Numbered from the stretch's first letter, positions 24,792 to 38,140 are shown. The stretch is DNA of 64,000 nucleotides from Mobula hypostoma (GCF_963921235.1 NC_086097.1:174656001-174720000); one strand, 5' to 3'. The notes: generated by a model from the sequence alone, not told the origin. Numbers and translations are program-made.

Positions 24792-26904
24792 GAGAGTTGA
24801 GAAATAGGACCTCAAGGATAGCTGCCTGTGCCATGTGCCAGTGACGGTAAAAATAGAATGATTTAGCATGTGAATATGTGGCTGAGGAGGTTGTGCAGGG
24901 GGTAGAGGTTCAGATTTATGGATCATTGGATCTCTTCCAGGAAAGGTTATGACCTGTACAAAAGGGATAGGTTACAACTGGACTGGAGGAATCCAATATC
25001 CTTGTGGGCAGATTGGCTAGAGTTGTTCAAGTGGGTTTAAACTAATTTGGCAGGGGAAAGGGAACTGGAGTGACAGTGCGGAGGATGAGGTAGTTGGTTT
25101 ACAAACAGAAGCAATGTGTAGTGGGACTTCTAGCAAGGAGAGGCTGATGACTGGGCAAAATTGCAGGCAACAGGATGAGTTGCAACATTAAAGGTGGACA
25201 AAATCGAAAAGCGTGAATACAGGACTGAAGATGTTATATTTAGTTGCCTGCTGTATATGGAATAAGGTCGATGAACTTGTAGTACACAGTTACAGATTGG
25301 CAGCTATGATGTTGTAGACATGACTGAATCATGGCTGAAAGAAGATTATAGCTGGGAGCTTAATGTCCAAGGATACACATTGTCCTGAAAGGAGAGGCAG
25401 GAAGGCAGAGGGGGCGACATTGCTCTGTAGGTAAAAGATGAAATCAAATCATGAGAAAGAAGTGACTTAGAGTCAGAAGGTATTGAATCAATGTGTATAG
25501 AGTTAAGGAACTGCAAGGGTAAAAAGACCCTGATGGGACCTCCAAACAGTAGTAAGGATGTGGTTTACAAATTACAGTGGGAGATAGAAAATGCATGCCA
25601 AAAGGGCAATGTTACAATAGTCATGGGGGATTTCGATATGCAGGTAGATTGTGAAAATCAGGTTGGTGCTGGATTCCATCTGGGGGAATTTCGAGAATGT
25701 GTACAAGATAGCTTTTTAGAGAAGCTAATGTTTGATCCCACTAGGGAATTAGCTATTCTTGATTGGATGTTGTTACAATGAACCGGAATTGATTAGTGAG
25801 CTTAAGGTAAAAGAACCCTTAAGGGAAAGTGATCATAATATGATCAAATTCACCCTGAATTTTGAGAAGGGGGAAGCTAAAGTCAGATGTATCAGTATTA
25901 CAGTGGAGTAAAGGGAATTACATTGGCATGAGAGAGAAGCTCGCCAGAATTGATTGGAAAAGAACACTGGCAGGGATGATGGCAAAGCAGCAATGGCTGG
26001 AATTTCTGGAAGCAATTTGGAAGGCACAGGATATATACATCTCAAAGAGGTAGAAGTATTCTAAAGGGAAGAACTGTGGCTGACAAGAGAAGTCAAAGCC
26101 AGCATAAAAGCCAAAGAGAGGCATATAATAGGGCAAAAATTAGTGGGAAGTTAGAGGATTGGGAACCTTTCAAATACTATCAAAAGGCAACTAAGATATC
26201 AAAAGTTTTTTCAGATACAGAGTAAAATAGAGGTAAGAGTGGATATCGGACCACTGGAAAATGATGCTGGAGAGCTAGTAATGGGGGACAAGGAAATGGC
26301 GGATGAACTGAATAAGTATTTTGCATCAACCTTCACTGTGGAAGACACTCGCAGTATGGTGGGAGTTCCAGGTGTCAGGGGGCATGAAGTGTGTGAAGTT
26401 ACCATAACTAAAGAGAAGGTTCTTGGGGAACTGAAAGGTCTGAAGTTAGACAGGTCACCTGGGCTGGAGAGATTGTGGAGGCTTTATTAATGATGTTTCA
26501 AGAATTACTAGATTCTGGAAAGGGTCTGGAAGACTGGAAGATTGAAAATGTCACTCCAAGAAGGGAGAGAGGCAGAAGAAAGGCAATTATAGGCTATAGT
26601 GGGAGAGTCTAAGACCAGAGGACACAGCCTCAGAATAGAGGGGTGGAAGACGAGGAGGAATTTCTTCAGCCAGAGTGGTGAATCTGTAGATTCCCTGAAC
26701 ATTCACGTGCTTACCTAAAAGCCTCTTGAACACCACTATCATATCTCCTTCAACCAGCATCCCGGCAGTGTGCTTAGGTACCTACCACTCTGTGCAAATA
26801 AAAAAAGCTTGCCTTACACATTCTATTTAAACTTTCCCCCTTTCACCTTAAAGCTATGCTCTTTAGTAATCAAAATTTCCACCTGGGAAGAATATTTCTA
26901 CTCC

Positions 26905-28360
26905 ATTTGCTAGGATGCCTACAATTTCTACACTAGTTTCCCATATGGTCCAAGGGAACACCTTATCAGGCCCTAGGGATTTATCCATCCTAATTTGCCT
27001 TAAAACAGTAAGCACCTCCTCCTCTGTAATCTGTATATAGCCCATGATCTTACAGCTATTTTGCCTCAGTTCTATAGACTTTCCATCTTATCTGCCAAGT
27101 AAATTGAGATGCAAAAACCCATATATGATCTCCCTCATCTCTCTTAGCTCCATGCATAGATGGCCATGCTGATCTTTAGATGGTATTTAAAATGTCCTTA
27201 GCTACAGGTGAGGTGTCAGAGAGTTTGAGGACAGCTAATGTTGTTCCTTAGTTTGGTCTAAGAATAAGCTGGGAAATTATCAGCCGGTAAGCCTGATATC
27301 AGTAGCAGGTAAGTTATTGGCAGGTACTCTAAGGGACCAGATATATAAGTTTTTTGGTAGTCTGGATCTGACTATCTAACCAATCTTACAATGTTTTTCA
27401 AGTAAGGTCGCTTGCAGTCCATGCCCTTCTCTTTTGTCACAATGAGTCATACTCAGGCTGGAGGAGCAGCATCTCATATTCTGTCTAGGTAGCCTCCAAC
27501 CTGATGGCATGAATATTGATTTCTCCTTCTGGTAATTTTTTTCCTTCCCCCTTCCTCCTCCTTCTGTTCTCCACTATGGCCTCTGACTACTACTCCTCAC
27601 CTGCGTATCACCTCCCCCTAGTGTCCCTCCTTCCCTTTTCCTCTCCTATCAGAATCCTCCTTCTCCAACCCTTTACCTTTCCTACCACCAGGCTTCACCT
27701 ATCACCTTCTGGTTAGTCCTCCTTTCCCTCCCCCCACCTTTTTATTCTGGCATCTTTCTCCTTCCTTTCCTGTCCTGCAGAAAGGTCTTGGCCTGAAATG
27801 ACAACTGTTTATTCATTTCTATAGATGCTGCATGACCTGCTGTGTTCCTCCAGCATTTTGTGTGTGTTGAACCTGAAAAGGCAGCTTTTATTCCCACTCT
27901 TTGCCTCATGCCAGTCAGACAGTCTTCTGTCCTTCATTCTTTGGTTGAATAGTTTAGAACTTTACTCTCTGGAGCACAGGAAAATGAGGGTTGATTTGAT
28001 AGAGATATACAAAATTATGAGGTGTATAGATAGGGTAAATGCAAGCATGTTTTTTCTGTTGAGGTTGTTTGAGAATAGAACTAGAAGTGATGGATTATGG
28101 ATTAAAGGTGGAAAGTTTAAGGGGAACATGAAGGAAGACATCTTCACTCAGAGACAATTGAATGTCTGAAACGAGCTGCCAGTGGAAATGGTGGATGGGG
28201 GTTTGATTTCAACATTTAAGGGAAGTTTGGATAAGTATATAGAGGGGTATGGAGAGCTAATGTCCAAGTGCAGGTTAATGATATAGGCAGAATAATAGTT
28301 TAGCATGGACTAGATGGGATGAAAGACCTGTTTTTGTGCTGTAGTGCTCTATGACTATGT
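26905..28360 (+). mobile_element. CR1 with an inverted 5' segment (about 26905-27178 antisense), interrupted by a PLE
   Basis: Antisense ORF2 piece (QITEEEVLTVLRQIRMDKSLGPDKVFP) followed by its sense continuation and a 3' end with ctatgact tail. Confidence 0.6.
27410..27870 (+). mobile_element. Penelope-like element: GIY-YIG C-terminus and terminal repeat
   Basis: LRLEEQHLIFCLGSLQPDGMNIDFS, a pyrimidine-rich spacer and a decayed hammerhead motif at 27770-27807. Confidence 0.8.
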
Positions 28361-29009
28361 GGCTTTGAGGGAAATTTTCAAAGAAGCCCTGATGTGTAAT
28401 TGCAGGACATTTTGTAAATAGAATACAGAGCCAGTATTAAGTGTTTATATGCACACTCTTTTATGTCTTGAATATGGGAGAGCCCACATTCAGTACAATT
28501 CCAAAAGGAGTCGCTGCAAATGCATAGAAAACCTTCAATAAATAGGAAGCTTTGTTAGCACATGAGCAAGTCCAAGAAATAACATTTTATTATATCCTTG
28601 TATTATTTCATTCTTACTATATGGACATCAATGGTAATGCTGGCATTTGTTGTCCATCTGTAATTGCCCCCGAACTGAACAACAAATTAAGAGTTAATCA
28701 TAACAGTGGGTCGGGAGTCACATATACAGTAAAGACCGTTGATTCTGTTCTGTGGTCTATGTGTCTTATGGTTACTGTTGCTTAGTGAGCATTTTTTTAA
28801 ATCCAAATTTATTTATATTTGTATCTTAAGTCCCTGTCACTCAAGTGGGATTTATATTCATATCTCCAGATCAATAGACTGGAACTCCAGGTGCCTACTA
28901 GAGTAATTTGGAAACATTCATGTCAGCATTATTAATGTTTTAAAAGTCATAGCTTCTTGACAAGTTATTCATATCAAATAGTGTATGCATATTCTATTCA
29001 AAGATTTTT

Positions 29010-29665
29010 CAAAGTTCAGTATAAATTTATTATCGAAGTACATACATGTCACCATATAGAACTCTGAGATTTATTTTCTTACAGGCATACTCAATAAATC
29101 CATAATAGTTTAATAACTATGTTAGAATCATTGAAAGACCAAATGAACTTGGGCATTCAACCAGTGTGCAAAAGATACAAAATGCAAATACAAAAAGAAA
29201 GAAATAATAATAATAAATAAGGAATAAATATAGAAAACATGAGATGAAGAGTCCTGGAAAGTGAGTCCATAGGTTGTGGGAACATTTCAATGATGAGGCT
29301 AATGAAGTTGAGTGAAGTTAACGTCTTTGGTTCAAGAGCCTGGTGGCTAAGGGGTAATAACTATTCCTGAACCTGGTCATATGAGGGCTCCTGTCCTTCT
29401 TCCTGATGGCAGCAGCGAGAAGAGAACATGTCCTGCATGGTGGGGTTCCCTGAGGATAGATGTTGCCTTCCTGCGACATTTCATATAGATTCACTCAATT
29501 GTGGGTGAGAGCTTTACCTGTGATGGACTAGACCATATCCACTATTTTTGTAGGAGTTTCCATTCAACAGCATTGGTGTTTTCATATCAGATGGTGATGG
29601 CACCAGTCAATATACTCTACACTTCACATCTATAGACGTTTGTCATAGTTTTAGATGTCATGGCA
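29010..29665 (-). mobile_element. Rex1/Babar-like LINE, 3' fragment
   Basis: Same 3'UTR and tail family as 19485-20110 and 45660-46440. Confidence 0.75.
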
Positions 29666-29704
29666 AATATATGGGCACTGCGATTATTCCTAAATAAGAG
29701 AGAC

Positions 29705-29958
29705 CAAAAGCAAAATATTGTCGATGCTGGAAACTTGAAATAAAACAGAAGATACTGGAAATGCTCATCAAGCTTGACAGCATCTTAAGAGATAATATTT
29801 CAGGCTGGTGATATTTTATCAAAACTGGATGGGCCTGATGCAGGATTTCGACCTGAAACATCGACAGTTCCTTTCCTTTCACAGACGCTACTCGACCTGC
29901 TAAGTTCCTTCTGTGGATTGTTTGTTGCTCCAGATTCCAGCATCTGCAATCTCTTGTG
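29705..29958. mobile_element. Back-to-back pair of old Penelope-like terminal repeats
   Basis: Antisense arm (gatgctggaaac..cagcatc) then sense arm (CTGATGC..GAAACATCGAC..ccagcatctgca). Confidence 0.65.
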
Positions 29959-30041
29959 ACTCCACACTTAATAGGAATTATTGTGTAAAATTGCATTCTT
30001 TTAAAAATAGTTTTCCCACCATGGCTCTTTTTATTTTGCAG

Positions 30042-30200
30042 CTGAAAAATCTGAGCTTTGAAGAACTACAGATGCGATTGAGTGCACTGGATCCAATGAT
30101 GGAGCGAGAAATTGAGGAACTGCGTCAAAGATATCAGGCTAAACGACAGCCCATTCTAGATGCCATGGATGCAAAGAAACGGAGACAGCAGAACTTCTAG
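30042..30200 (+). CDS. STK3: Last coding exon of serine/threonine kinase 3 (MST2, Hippo pathway), SARAH domain
   Basis: Polypyrimidine tract and acceptor (ctctttttattttgcag, ending 30041) precede LKNLSFEELQMRLSALDPMMEREIEELRQRYQAKRQPILDAMDAKKRRQQNF*. This matches the MST2 C-terminus as I recall it (LKNLSLEELQMRL..EREIEELRQRY..DAMDAKK) better than MST1/STK4 (LKSWTVEDLQKRL..DAIEAKK). No upstream exon was recognised in the window. Confidence 0.95.
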   Translation: MKNLSFEELQMRLSALDPMMEREIEELRQRYQAKRQPILDAMDAKKRRQQNF

Positions 30201-30439
30201 TTGAACTTCTTATCCATCTAAACCTACCCACACTATCCAGGGTAGTACGTCTTTATCTATAAAATGTAGTGTCAGAACAGTAACAGCAAAAGTAATTAAA
30301 CACTGGTCGAATAACATTAATTATAATCTGCAATCTTTCCTACAGGCAATGAAGCAAACAGTTTTAGCAGCAATGTATTGTTCATTTCTTGGCAACTTTT
30401 GTTTCACCACAGCTTCAAACCATGTAATGAAGCTATAAT

Positions 30440-30770
30440 TCAGTTTGAAACATGCTGTGTTGAGTGAGGCAGCATCAACAATCTGGAGTGTCCTTAACGT
30501 GGTAAGACATCCAAGCAGCTTTGCAGAAATGTTACCCCACTAAATTTGATTCTGTAAAAGAACTTCAGGAGATCCTAGGGCAGAGGACCAAAACCTTGGG
30601 GAAGAGGTAGGTTTTAAGGAATGTCTGAAAAGCAGTCACTGAGGTAGGTGGGCAGGCTTGAGGAAGGAATTCCAGAGCTCAGGACTTTAGCAGTTGAAGG
30701 CACAGCCACCGTTAGTGGTGTGAGTAAACTTTGGAATGCTCATGAGTCCAGATTAGAGAACCACGCAGTA
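30440..30770 (-). mobile_element. Old L2-like 3' fragment in the STK3 3' region
   Basis: gaggtaggttttaaggaatgtc..ggaattccagagc..gttgaaggcacagccacc resembles an antisense L2 end. Confidence 0.5.
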
Positions 30771-33700
30771 TCCCGTCCAGAAAATATATCACCATTCTTT
30801 CATTGTAACTGGGTCTAAGTTATGACACGCATTGGCCAATGGCACAGCAAATGAATGCTTCACAAGAAAGCTTGCAGTGTGTCGATATGCACCTTACCAC
30901 CTCCACCGCCACCTCCAGCTGAAGAGCCAATACGATGGGGAATAAGTAATAATAGTGACCACATGGTGTAAGCTCATTTAAAAATAGTTTGGCTCCTCAA
31001 TTCAAACTATACCCAATATCTGTCACGATTTACATTATAATTATTCTTGACATGTAAATACTGGCCAGCTCTTTTTATACTTCCCCGATGCACAATGAGC
31101 TGAAGCAACTGCCACCTTGTTAGTTGCCTTCAAGACTGCCAATGGCAACTCTGAAGTGTCCAAATGTAGAAGTACACTTGTGGCAGTGGGTAAGAATTGA
31201 AAAGCAACTTTAAAACTTCTGCCTCTAGACACCTGGAAAACTTTCATGGGAAATACCTCACAGCAAAGGCAGACGTCATGATATAAGAACCACAAGTCCC
31301 TTTTGCATGAGCTATGTTCCGGACCCATGCAGGTAAAAATTGTGTTTTACCATGCAGGTAAAAATACAATGTGTTGGTATGCATCTTCAGACACAGATGG
31401 TATCTGTATGCTTAATGAGGTGATGCTTTTCCTTCAGTGGCCCAGAGGCAAATCATCGTTTAGAAATGGACCTGAAAATAACTTGTGCCAGTTGTTTGTA
31501 CAAGTACAGAGATTCAAGTCTGCTACTGGCGTTTGTATGGTGATAAAATAAACACATTGTTCCCGCTGTAGCTTGGTAGCCCTGCTCTGTGGTATAACGA
31601 TGCACTGGAAAACTCATTTGTGGACTTTACTTTGACCACAAATTCTTCAACACTAATTAATGTACAGAAATTGATGTTTCATCAAGGACTACCACTGATT
31701 TTATACAGGATTAAAGTGAATGCTTCATTGCCTGTGAAGGTGTTCATCAACCAGAATGCCAGAGTGCACATAACTGCGATAAAGATTGTAGTTAATTTAT
31801 TTCAATGTAAATACTGATTTTATTGATTCATACAAGGATTTAATGGTATCAGCAGGCATCAGTTTTATATTTGCTTCTGCTCTACCATGATGCCAACAGA
31901 AAGTGTCTATTTTCTAAATGATTACTTTCATGCTCAACTAAGTGACTATTGTTACAGATGCTGCAGGCTGTATTTACTGTAAGTTCATGAAAGAGGCTTC
32001 CAGTGTTGCAAATACCCCAAAGAAACACATTATTTATTGTATTCCAACAAAACTCCTGATTTTTCTTGCTAAGTATTTTCATAGACATTGATGCCCTCAT
32101 GGTTGGTGGTGACATTTGAAAATGATATTCTGCAGGGCTTTCTTTTTACCCCAAACAACCTTACATGAACACAATTTGATTGCATCCCCTACTCCCTTAA
32201 AATTCTGACTCCCACTTGAGAACTGGACCTTATTCAGTTAAGCTCATTTATAACTGCTGTAAATTAAAAGAGCTCAGAAGTTATTGTGCATTTGTGTTTA
32301 ATTTGTTACACATGTTATTCATCCAGTCCCAACACAAAGCATCACTTGCTGGGGTTGGGGGGAGGGGGGCGTGTGCACTGGATATGTAACACCTTAACTC
32401 AATTCAGTGTGACTTAATGGACTTTTCATGATATTGGAAATGAAACAATGACTCCTGAGGTACAGTACTCTGCTAGGCATATGCTGCAGCTACTGTTTAT
32501 ATTGGTCTGTAAATGCACCCAAAACATGACCTTGCTTAAGGAGAAATTTAAATGACACTGGTAGGTAACAAGGGTGACATTCATTTATCAGTTGTCAAAT
32601 TAGATTAATGTTAGAATATCTTTAAAAAATAACCAAGTTGCCCTCTATACTGTGTTGACATTAGAATCTGTAGTATTTAAAATGTTTTGTACTTATAGGT
32701 GAACTTCTGTGTGGTAACTTGTTCAATCAAGACACTGATGATAAACAGTTAATTGGAAGGCTCTATGCAAGATGTCTATACTGACCCAATTACCCCAATC
32801 TTATTTCTCTTTTAAAATGGGGAAGTCTCTTGCTCATTGGGTTCATCCTTCCTCCCTACAGAGCAATCGCAACAGCCAAGGTCTTCCTTTTCATATTTAA
32901 CTGTAGCCCTGCAACTTGTTCTCTCTAATGAATCCTTTACCTGCACTAGTGGTAGTTTATGCCAGTTAACTTAGCCTTGGGATGCAGCAGGAAATAAGAG
33001 AGCTAGGGTGGGAGAGTGGAACCATTCAGTCATGGGGAGACCATGCAAACTCAATGCAGAGAACACCCACGATCAGGACTGAAGGAGGTGTGAGGCAGTA
33101 CTCCAAGTGCTGCATTATTGTGCACGGTGAGACAGTTTCGCTGAGCAACTGCACCATGTCATACCATACGCTTTGATCTTCCCTTCAGGACTGATTCTCC
33201 CTCCACCACATTTAGGGTCTGACAGTGTATTCAAACACACTTTTAGCTAAATCTGGAGTTAAAACATCTCATGTAAGTAGGAGTGTTGTGCCTTGACAGA
33301 AAAGGGCTACACAAGTTTCCTGGGATTGGTGTGGACAGTGCTGAATGAACTACCAGAAATGGATGCTTCTGTTTGTGCTCAAGGAAAAGTGGAATGTGTA
33401 TATACTGTCTTATAAGTAATTTATTATTCTAGTAATTAAAAGCAGATTATAGTTTAAATCTTTAAATCTCTATCCATCTAAAAACTTAAATAATGACTGG
33501 ATTCCAAAAATCACTGCAAGTTGCCAAATTGGAATAGTTTCAGTGCCTTTTAAATATATTCACTTGATTAATGTGAACATTTCAAGTTAGAATGAGTTGA
33601 TAAAGTGAGATGCTGCTCAAATTCTTTCTCTTGTAACAGGACATGCACTGAACAAATATGAGTTTATCCTCTATTTCCTTAAGTGAACCTTTGTGTGCAT

Positions 33701-35107
33701 ACTCAACGGGAAAAGCCACACTGTAAGAAGTAATGATTCACTGTAATCAGCCCACAGTGGATTACATGAAGGTTAAGGCTTAGCTTGCATAAAGCCATGT
33801 CTGCTTTATTTAACTACATCCCACAAGGCAATATTAGCAATAATAGGTGACAGTCTTACCCTACAATAATAGTGTTCCAGTATAGTGGTCTCAATATGTG
33901 TTAAACTTGGAGATTTGAAAGATTTGGCTCCACATAAACTTCTGAAGACCATTCTTAAGCTCTGTTTGCATTCAAAATAATATTTTCTTCAAAACTAAAG
34001 TTTTGCCCATGTGCTTGTACTGTGGTGTTCTTTTTTTTGGAAATGTGCTGCTTTCTTATGAACACCAATAATAAATAACAAAGATCAGGTGAATGTGTAA
34101 TGCTTTTAACTAAATAGTATCATGGTGGGACTTCTAGCGATAGTGAGGCAGTAATCATGAGCAGTCAACTTTGTGTATCGCAGTGTTTAACTGTTGACGT
34201 ATGCTGAGATTCTTTGCTTAAAGGGAGAGTTGACTCAACATGTGCCAAACAAGAATGGTAGGAAAGGAAAACGAAGTAAGGTGTGAAGAGGTTGTGTAGA
34301 ACATAACTGCCACCCTGTGCTCTAAATTTAATGTAATTACTTTCATTTCTATAAAACTGATAACCATCTCAATGAAGAGTTAATTATATCAGTTGTACAT
34401 TGATGCTGGTCTAAAACTGCCTGATTCTCGGTAAATCCTTGAGAAAATATTATATTATTAATCAGTAATTCAAACAGCATTTACAGAGCATTATCATCTC
34501 AGGAAAACTTCCCAAAAGAGCTTCACAGAAGCATAACCAAAAAGAGTTGTGCTGGCAAGAAAACAGAAGCTATGCTAGCAATAAAGCAGCACTTGTGTTG
34601 GCATCAGCATAACTCCTGTCCACACACATACCTTCTCTACTTCAGGGCTATCTGCTTTGCTTTCCTCAGACTTAAAACAGCTGGAGTGTAAACTATAATG
34701 GAAGATAACTTGTATTCCAAATACAGCACCTCAAATGAATGCAGATAATTAGAGTTCCAAATGGAGAAAATATTACTTGTCCCAACATCTGCAGATTTAG
34801 AGTTAATTTCTCCCAGTGCTGGTGTGTTTCTCTTAGTGCATGAGAATTTTATAACTCAATTTGCTTTAAACAAATTATGGCCTATTGTCACCACTTTTCA
34901 GCAACTCCTACTGACTTGAATTGGTAAGTGTATTTATCAGTGATGTTGTTAATCTTTCTTTGACTTGTTGGATTATTTAAAATTTTAATCTTTGGGTATA
35001 GCTGGTTGTTGTTAACAAGAAAATCTATATATTTTGGATTTCATATGTTCATTTTCTTAACATGGAACACTAACTTATTTTACGATGTGCCTTCTGCTGT
35101 ATCCCAC

Positions 35108-35113
35108 AATAAA
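35108..35113 (+). terminator. Candidate distal polyadenylation signal of STK3
   Basis: AATAAA followed about 20 nt later by a GT-rich tract (ttggggtgtttagtg). Other AATAAA sites at 31547, 34070 and 34580. Confidence 0.4.
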
Positions 35114-35819
35114 GAAAGTTAATATCTATAGCATTTGGGGTGTTTAGTGATTAATATTTATGTTTTAAGTGTTTTCCAAATAGCAGTGTATGCCTTACAA
35201 GCTTGCAATTCTGTGGCTGTGATTCACATCAGTGCCAAGAAATATATCAATTTTCACAAGCCCAGTTTCCATAAACCCAGATGTCTGCAAACATGCATGG
35301 GAATCAAACTAAGCTTCATGTTCCAGGTTAGCATATAATTTGGACATTTGCTGGTCACTGCCTTTGGAGTATACGAGATACAGATGGAACCAAAATTTTT
35401 ATTATTTTGCTTCTCATCTAATTTTACTCAATGTATCCCCCTTTTTCTTCTGCTTGCTACAGTTATTTTCGGTTGTTCAACTATACACTGTTAATACTGA
35501 CTTTGAAGGTCTTAATCAGTGCTCAATCATGTGCTTACATTTCACTAGAATTACTTCCGGGAACTTAATTTTTAAGTTCTCTTGTAATAAGAATTCCAAG
35601 ACCAGAGACTGATTAGAGAGAAATATAGAAAAAAGTGTAGCTGAAAATCATTTATCTAACCATTTAGTAATGGTCAGAATTTAGTAATTCATATCTGGAA
35701 ACTGATGAACCAAGTTAAATTGTACTGGTTTTAATTATAAACAGGGTTCTGATCCCAATGTAGCTGAGGTGTACTTCCCATTCTGTCCTGGGAATGCAAT
35801 CTCAAAGGTGCCTTTGGCA

Positions 35820-38140
35820 GTGTTGAGTGGGTCTTTAGGCTGCTGTACCTCACCTCTGATTGGAAAAATGAGAAGAGGGCGTATGCTGCATGGTGAGGGT
35901 CCTTAGTGATGGATGTGCATTCCTGAGGTGCACCGCCTCTTGAAGCTTTCCTTGATGTTTGGATGGGTTGTGCCTATGAGGGAACTGGCTGCGTCTTCAA
36001 CCCTCTGTAGTCTCCTGCAATCCTGTGCATTGGAGCCTCCATACCAGGCTACGATGCAACCAGTCAGGATGCTCTCATGTTCCATCTATAGAAAATTGCA
36101 AGATTTTGGTTGCATACCAGATCTCCTCAGACTCCTAATGAATGTCCTAGCAACATGCTTTCCCACTTCACCACCAGAAATTCTGCAGCTGTTTGAAATC
36201 AGAATGCTAGAGGAACTCAACAAGTCAGGCAGCATCTGTGGAGGAGAATTGAATTGAATTGACTTTATTACTTACATGTTTCATGTACAAGAGGAGTAAA
36301 AATCTTTACATTACGTCTCCGTCTAGATGGGCAATGTGCAATTATAGTAATTTATAATAAATATTATGTACAACAGGATAGTCAATATAACATAGAAATA
36401 CAGCCGCATCAGCATGAATTAAGCAGTCTGATGGCATGGTGGAAGAAGCTGTCCAGAATGGTAGTAGCTGGAACAGTAATAGTTGGGGTGACTCAGGTCT
36501 CCAATGATCCTTCGGGCCCTTTTTACATACCTGTCTTTGTAAATGTCCCTGGGAAGTTCACAACTACAGATGCGCCGGACTGTCCACACCACTCTCTGTA
36601 GAGTGCTGCGATTGAGGGAGGTACAGTTCCCCTACCAGGCAGTGATGCAGCCAGTCAGGATGCTCTCAACTGTGCCCCTATAGAAAGTTCTTAGAATTTG
36701 GGGGGCCATACCAAACTTCTTCAACCATCTGAGGTGAAAGAAGCGCTGTTGTGTCTTTTTCACCACACGGCCAGTATGTACAGACCACGTGAGATCCTCG
36801 GTGATGTGTATGCCAAGGAACTTAAAGCTATTCACCCTCTCAACCCCAGATCCATTGATGTAAATAGTGGTTAGCCTGTCTCCATTCCTCCTGTAGTCCA
36901 CAACCAGCTCCTTTGTTTTTGCGACATTGAGGGAGAAATTGTTTCCTTGACACCACTGTGTCAGGGTGATGACTTCTTGAACCTGATGGCATGAATATTG
37001 ATTCTTCCAACTTCCAGTAGTTTCTTCTCCCCCCCCGCCCCCGTTATCCACTACGCATTCTGGTTGCCCTCTCGCTCTCTCCTCACCTGTTCATCACTTC
37101 CCTCTGGTTCCTTCCCTCCTTATTTTTCTTCCATGCTCCACTGTCTTCAGTCCTTTACCTCTTCTACCTGGTAGGGGAACTGTACCTCCCTCAATCGCAG
37201 CAATCTGCAGAGAGTGGTGCAGACAGTCCAGCGCATCTGTAGATGTGGACATGGAGAAGGATTACAGATTCCTGGGGATATGAATTGACAATAAACTGGA
37301 CTGGTCAAAGAACATTGAGGCTGTCTACAAGAAGGGTCAGAGCCGTCTCTATTTCCTGAGGAGACTGAGGTCCTTTAACATCTGTCGGACGATGCTGAGG
37401 ATGTTCTACGAGTCTGTGGTGGCCATTGCTATCATGTTTGCTGTTGTGTGCTGGGGCAGCAGGCTGAGGGTAGCAGACACCAACAGAATCAACAAACTCA
37501 TTCGTAAGGCCAGTGATGTTGTGGGAATGGAACTGGACTCTCTCACGGTGGTGTCTGAAAAGAGGATGCTGTCCAAGTTGCATGCCATCTTGGACAATGT
37601 CTCCCATCCACTACATAATGTACTGGGTGGGCACAGGAGTACATTCAGCCAGAGACTCATTCCACCGAGATGCAGCACAGAGTGTCATAGAAAGCCATTC
37701 CTGCCTGTAGCCATCAAACTTTACAACTCCTCCCTTGGAGGGTCAGACACCCTGAGCCAATAAGCTGGTCCTGGACTTATTTCCTGGCATAATTTACATA
37801 TTACTATTTAATTATTTATGGTTTTATTACTATTTAATTAATCATGGTGCAACTGTAACGAAAACCAATTTCCCTTGGGATCAATAAAGTATGACTATGA
37901 CTATGACTACCTTCTCACTTTGTCCCCCATCCCCAACACACCCATCTACCCCCTTAACTGGTCTCATATATCACCTAATAGCTCGTAAACCTCCCCTTTT
38001 CCTCACCTTATTTGATTTCTATCACCTTTCTTTCCAATCCTGATAAAGGGTCTTGGCCCATGATGTTGACTGTTTATTTCCTCTATAGATGCTGCCTGAC
38101 TTGCTGAGTTCCTCCAGCATTTTGTGTGTGTTGCTCATGT
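35820..38140. mobile_element. Cluster of Rex1-like fragments (about 36248-36978 on -, 37250-37910 on +) interleaved with PLE fragments (36165-36245, 36980-37170, 37910-38140)
   Basis: ORFs 36632..37051 and 37392..37763; (TTCAA)n and (ATGACT)n tails; PLE PDGMNID remnant and terminus. Confidence 0.8.

Larger units (their letters stand above)
21800..26690 (+). mobile_element. Old long CR1 (5'UTR, ORF1, decayed ORF2), split by a TIR element and a Rex1
   Basis: ORF1 remnants (IGDSLFR.., YIVTSDIG) and endonuclease remnants (VMGDFDMQVD, AILDW). Left boundary approximate. Confidence 0.75.

Noticed and set aside
29913..30041. N-terminal part of ORF 29913..30200
   Set aside because: Intronic read-through of PLE sequence and the polypyrimidine tract.
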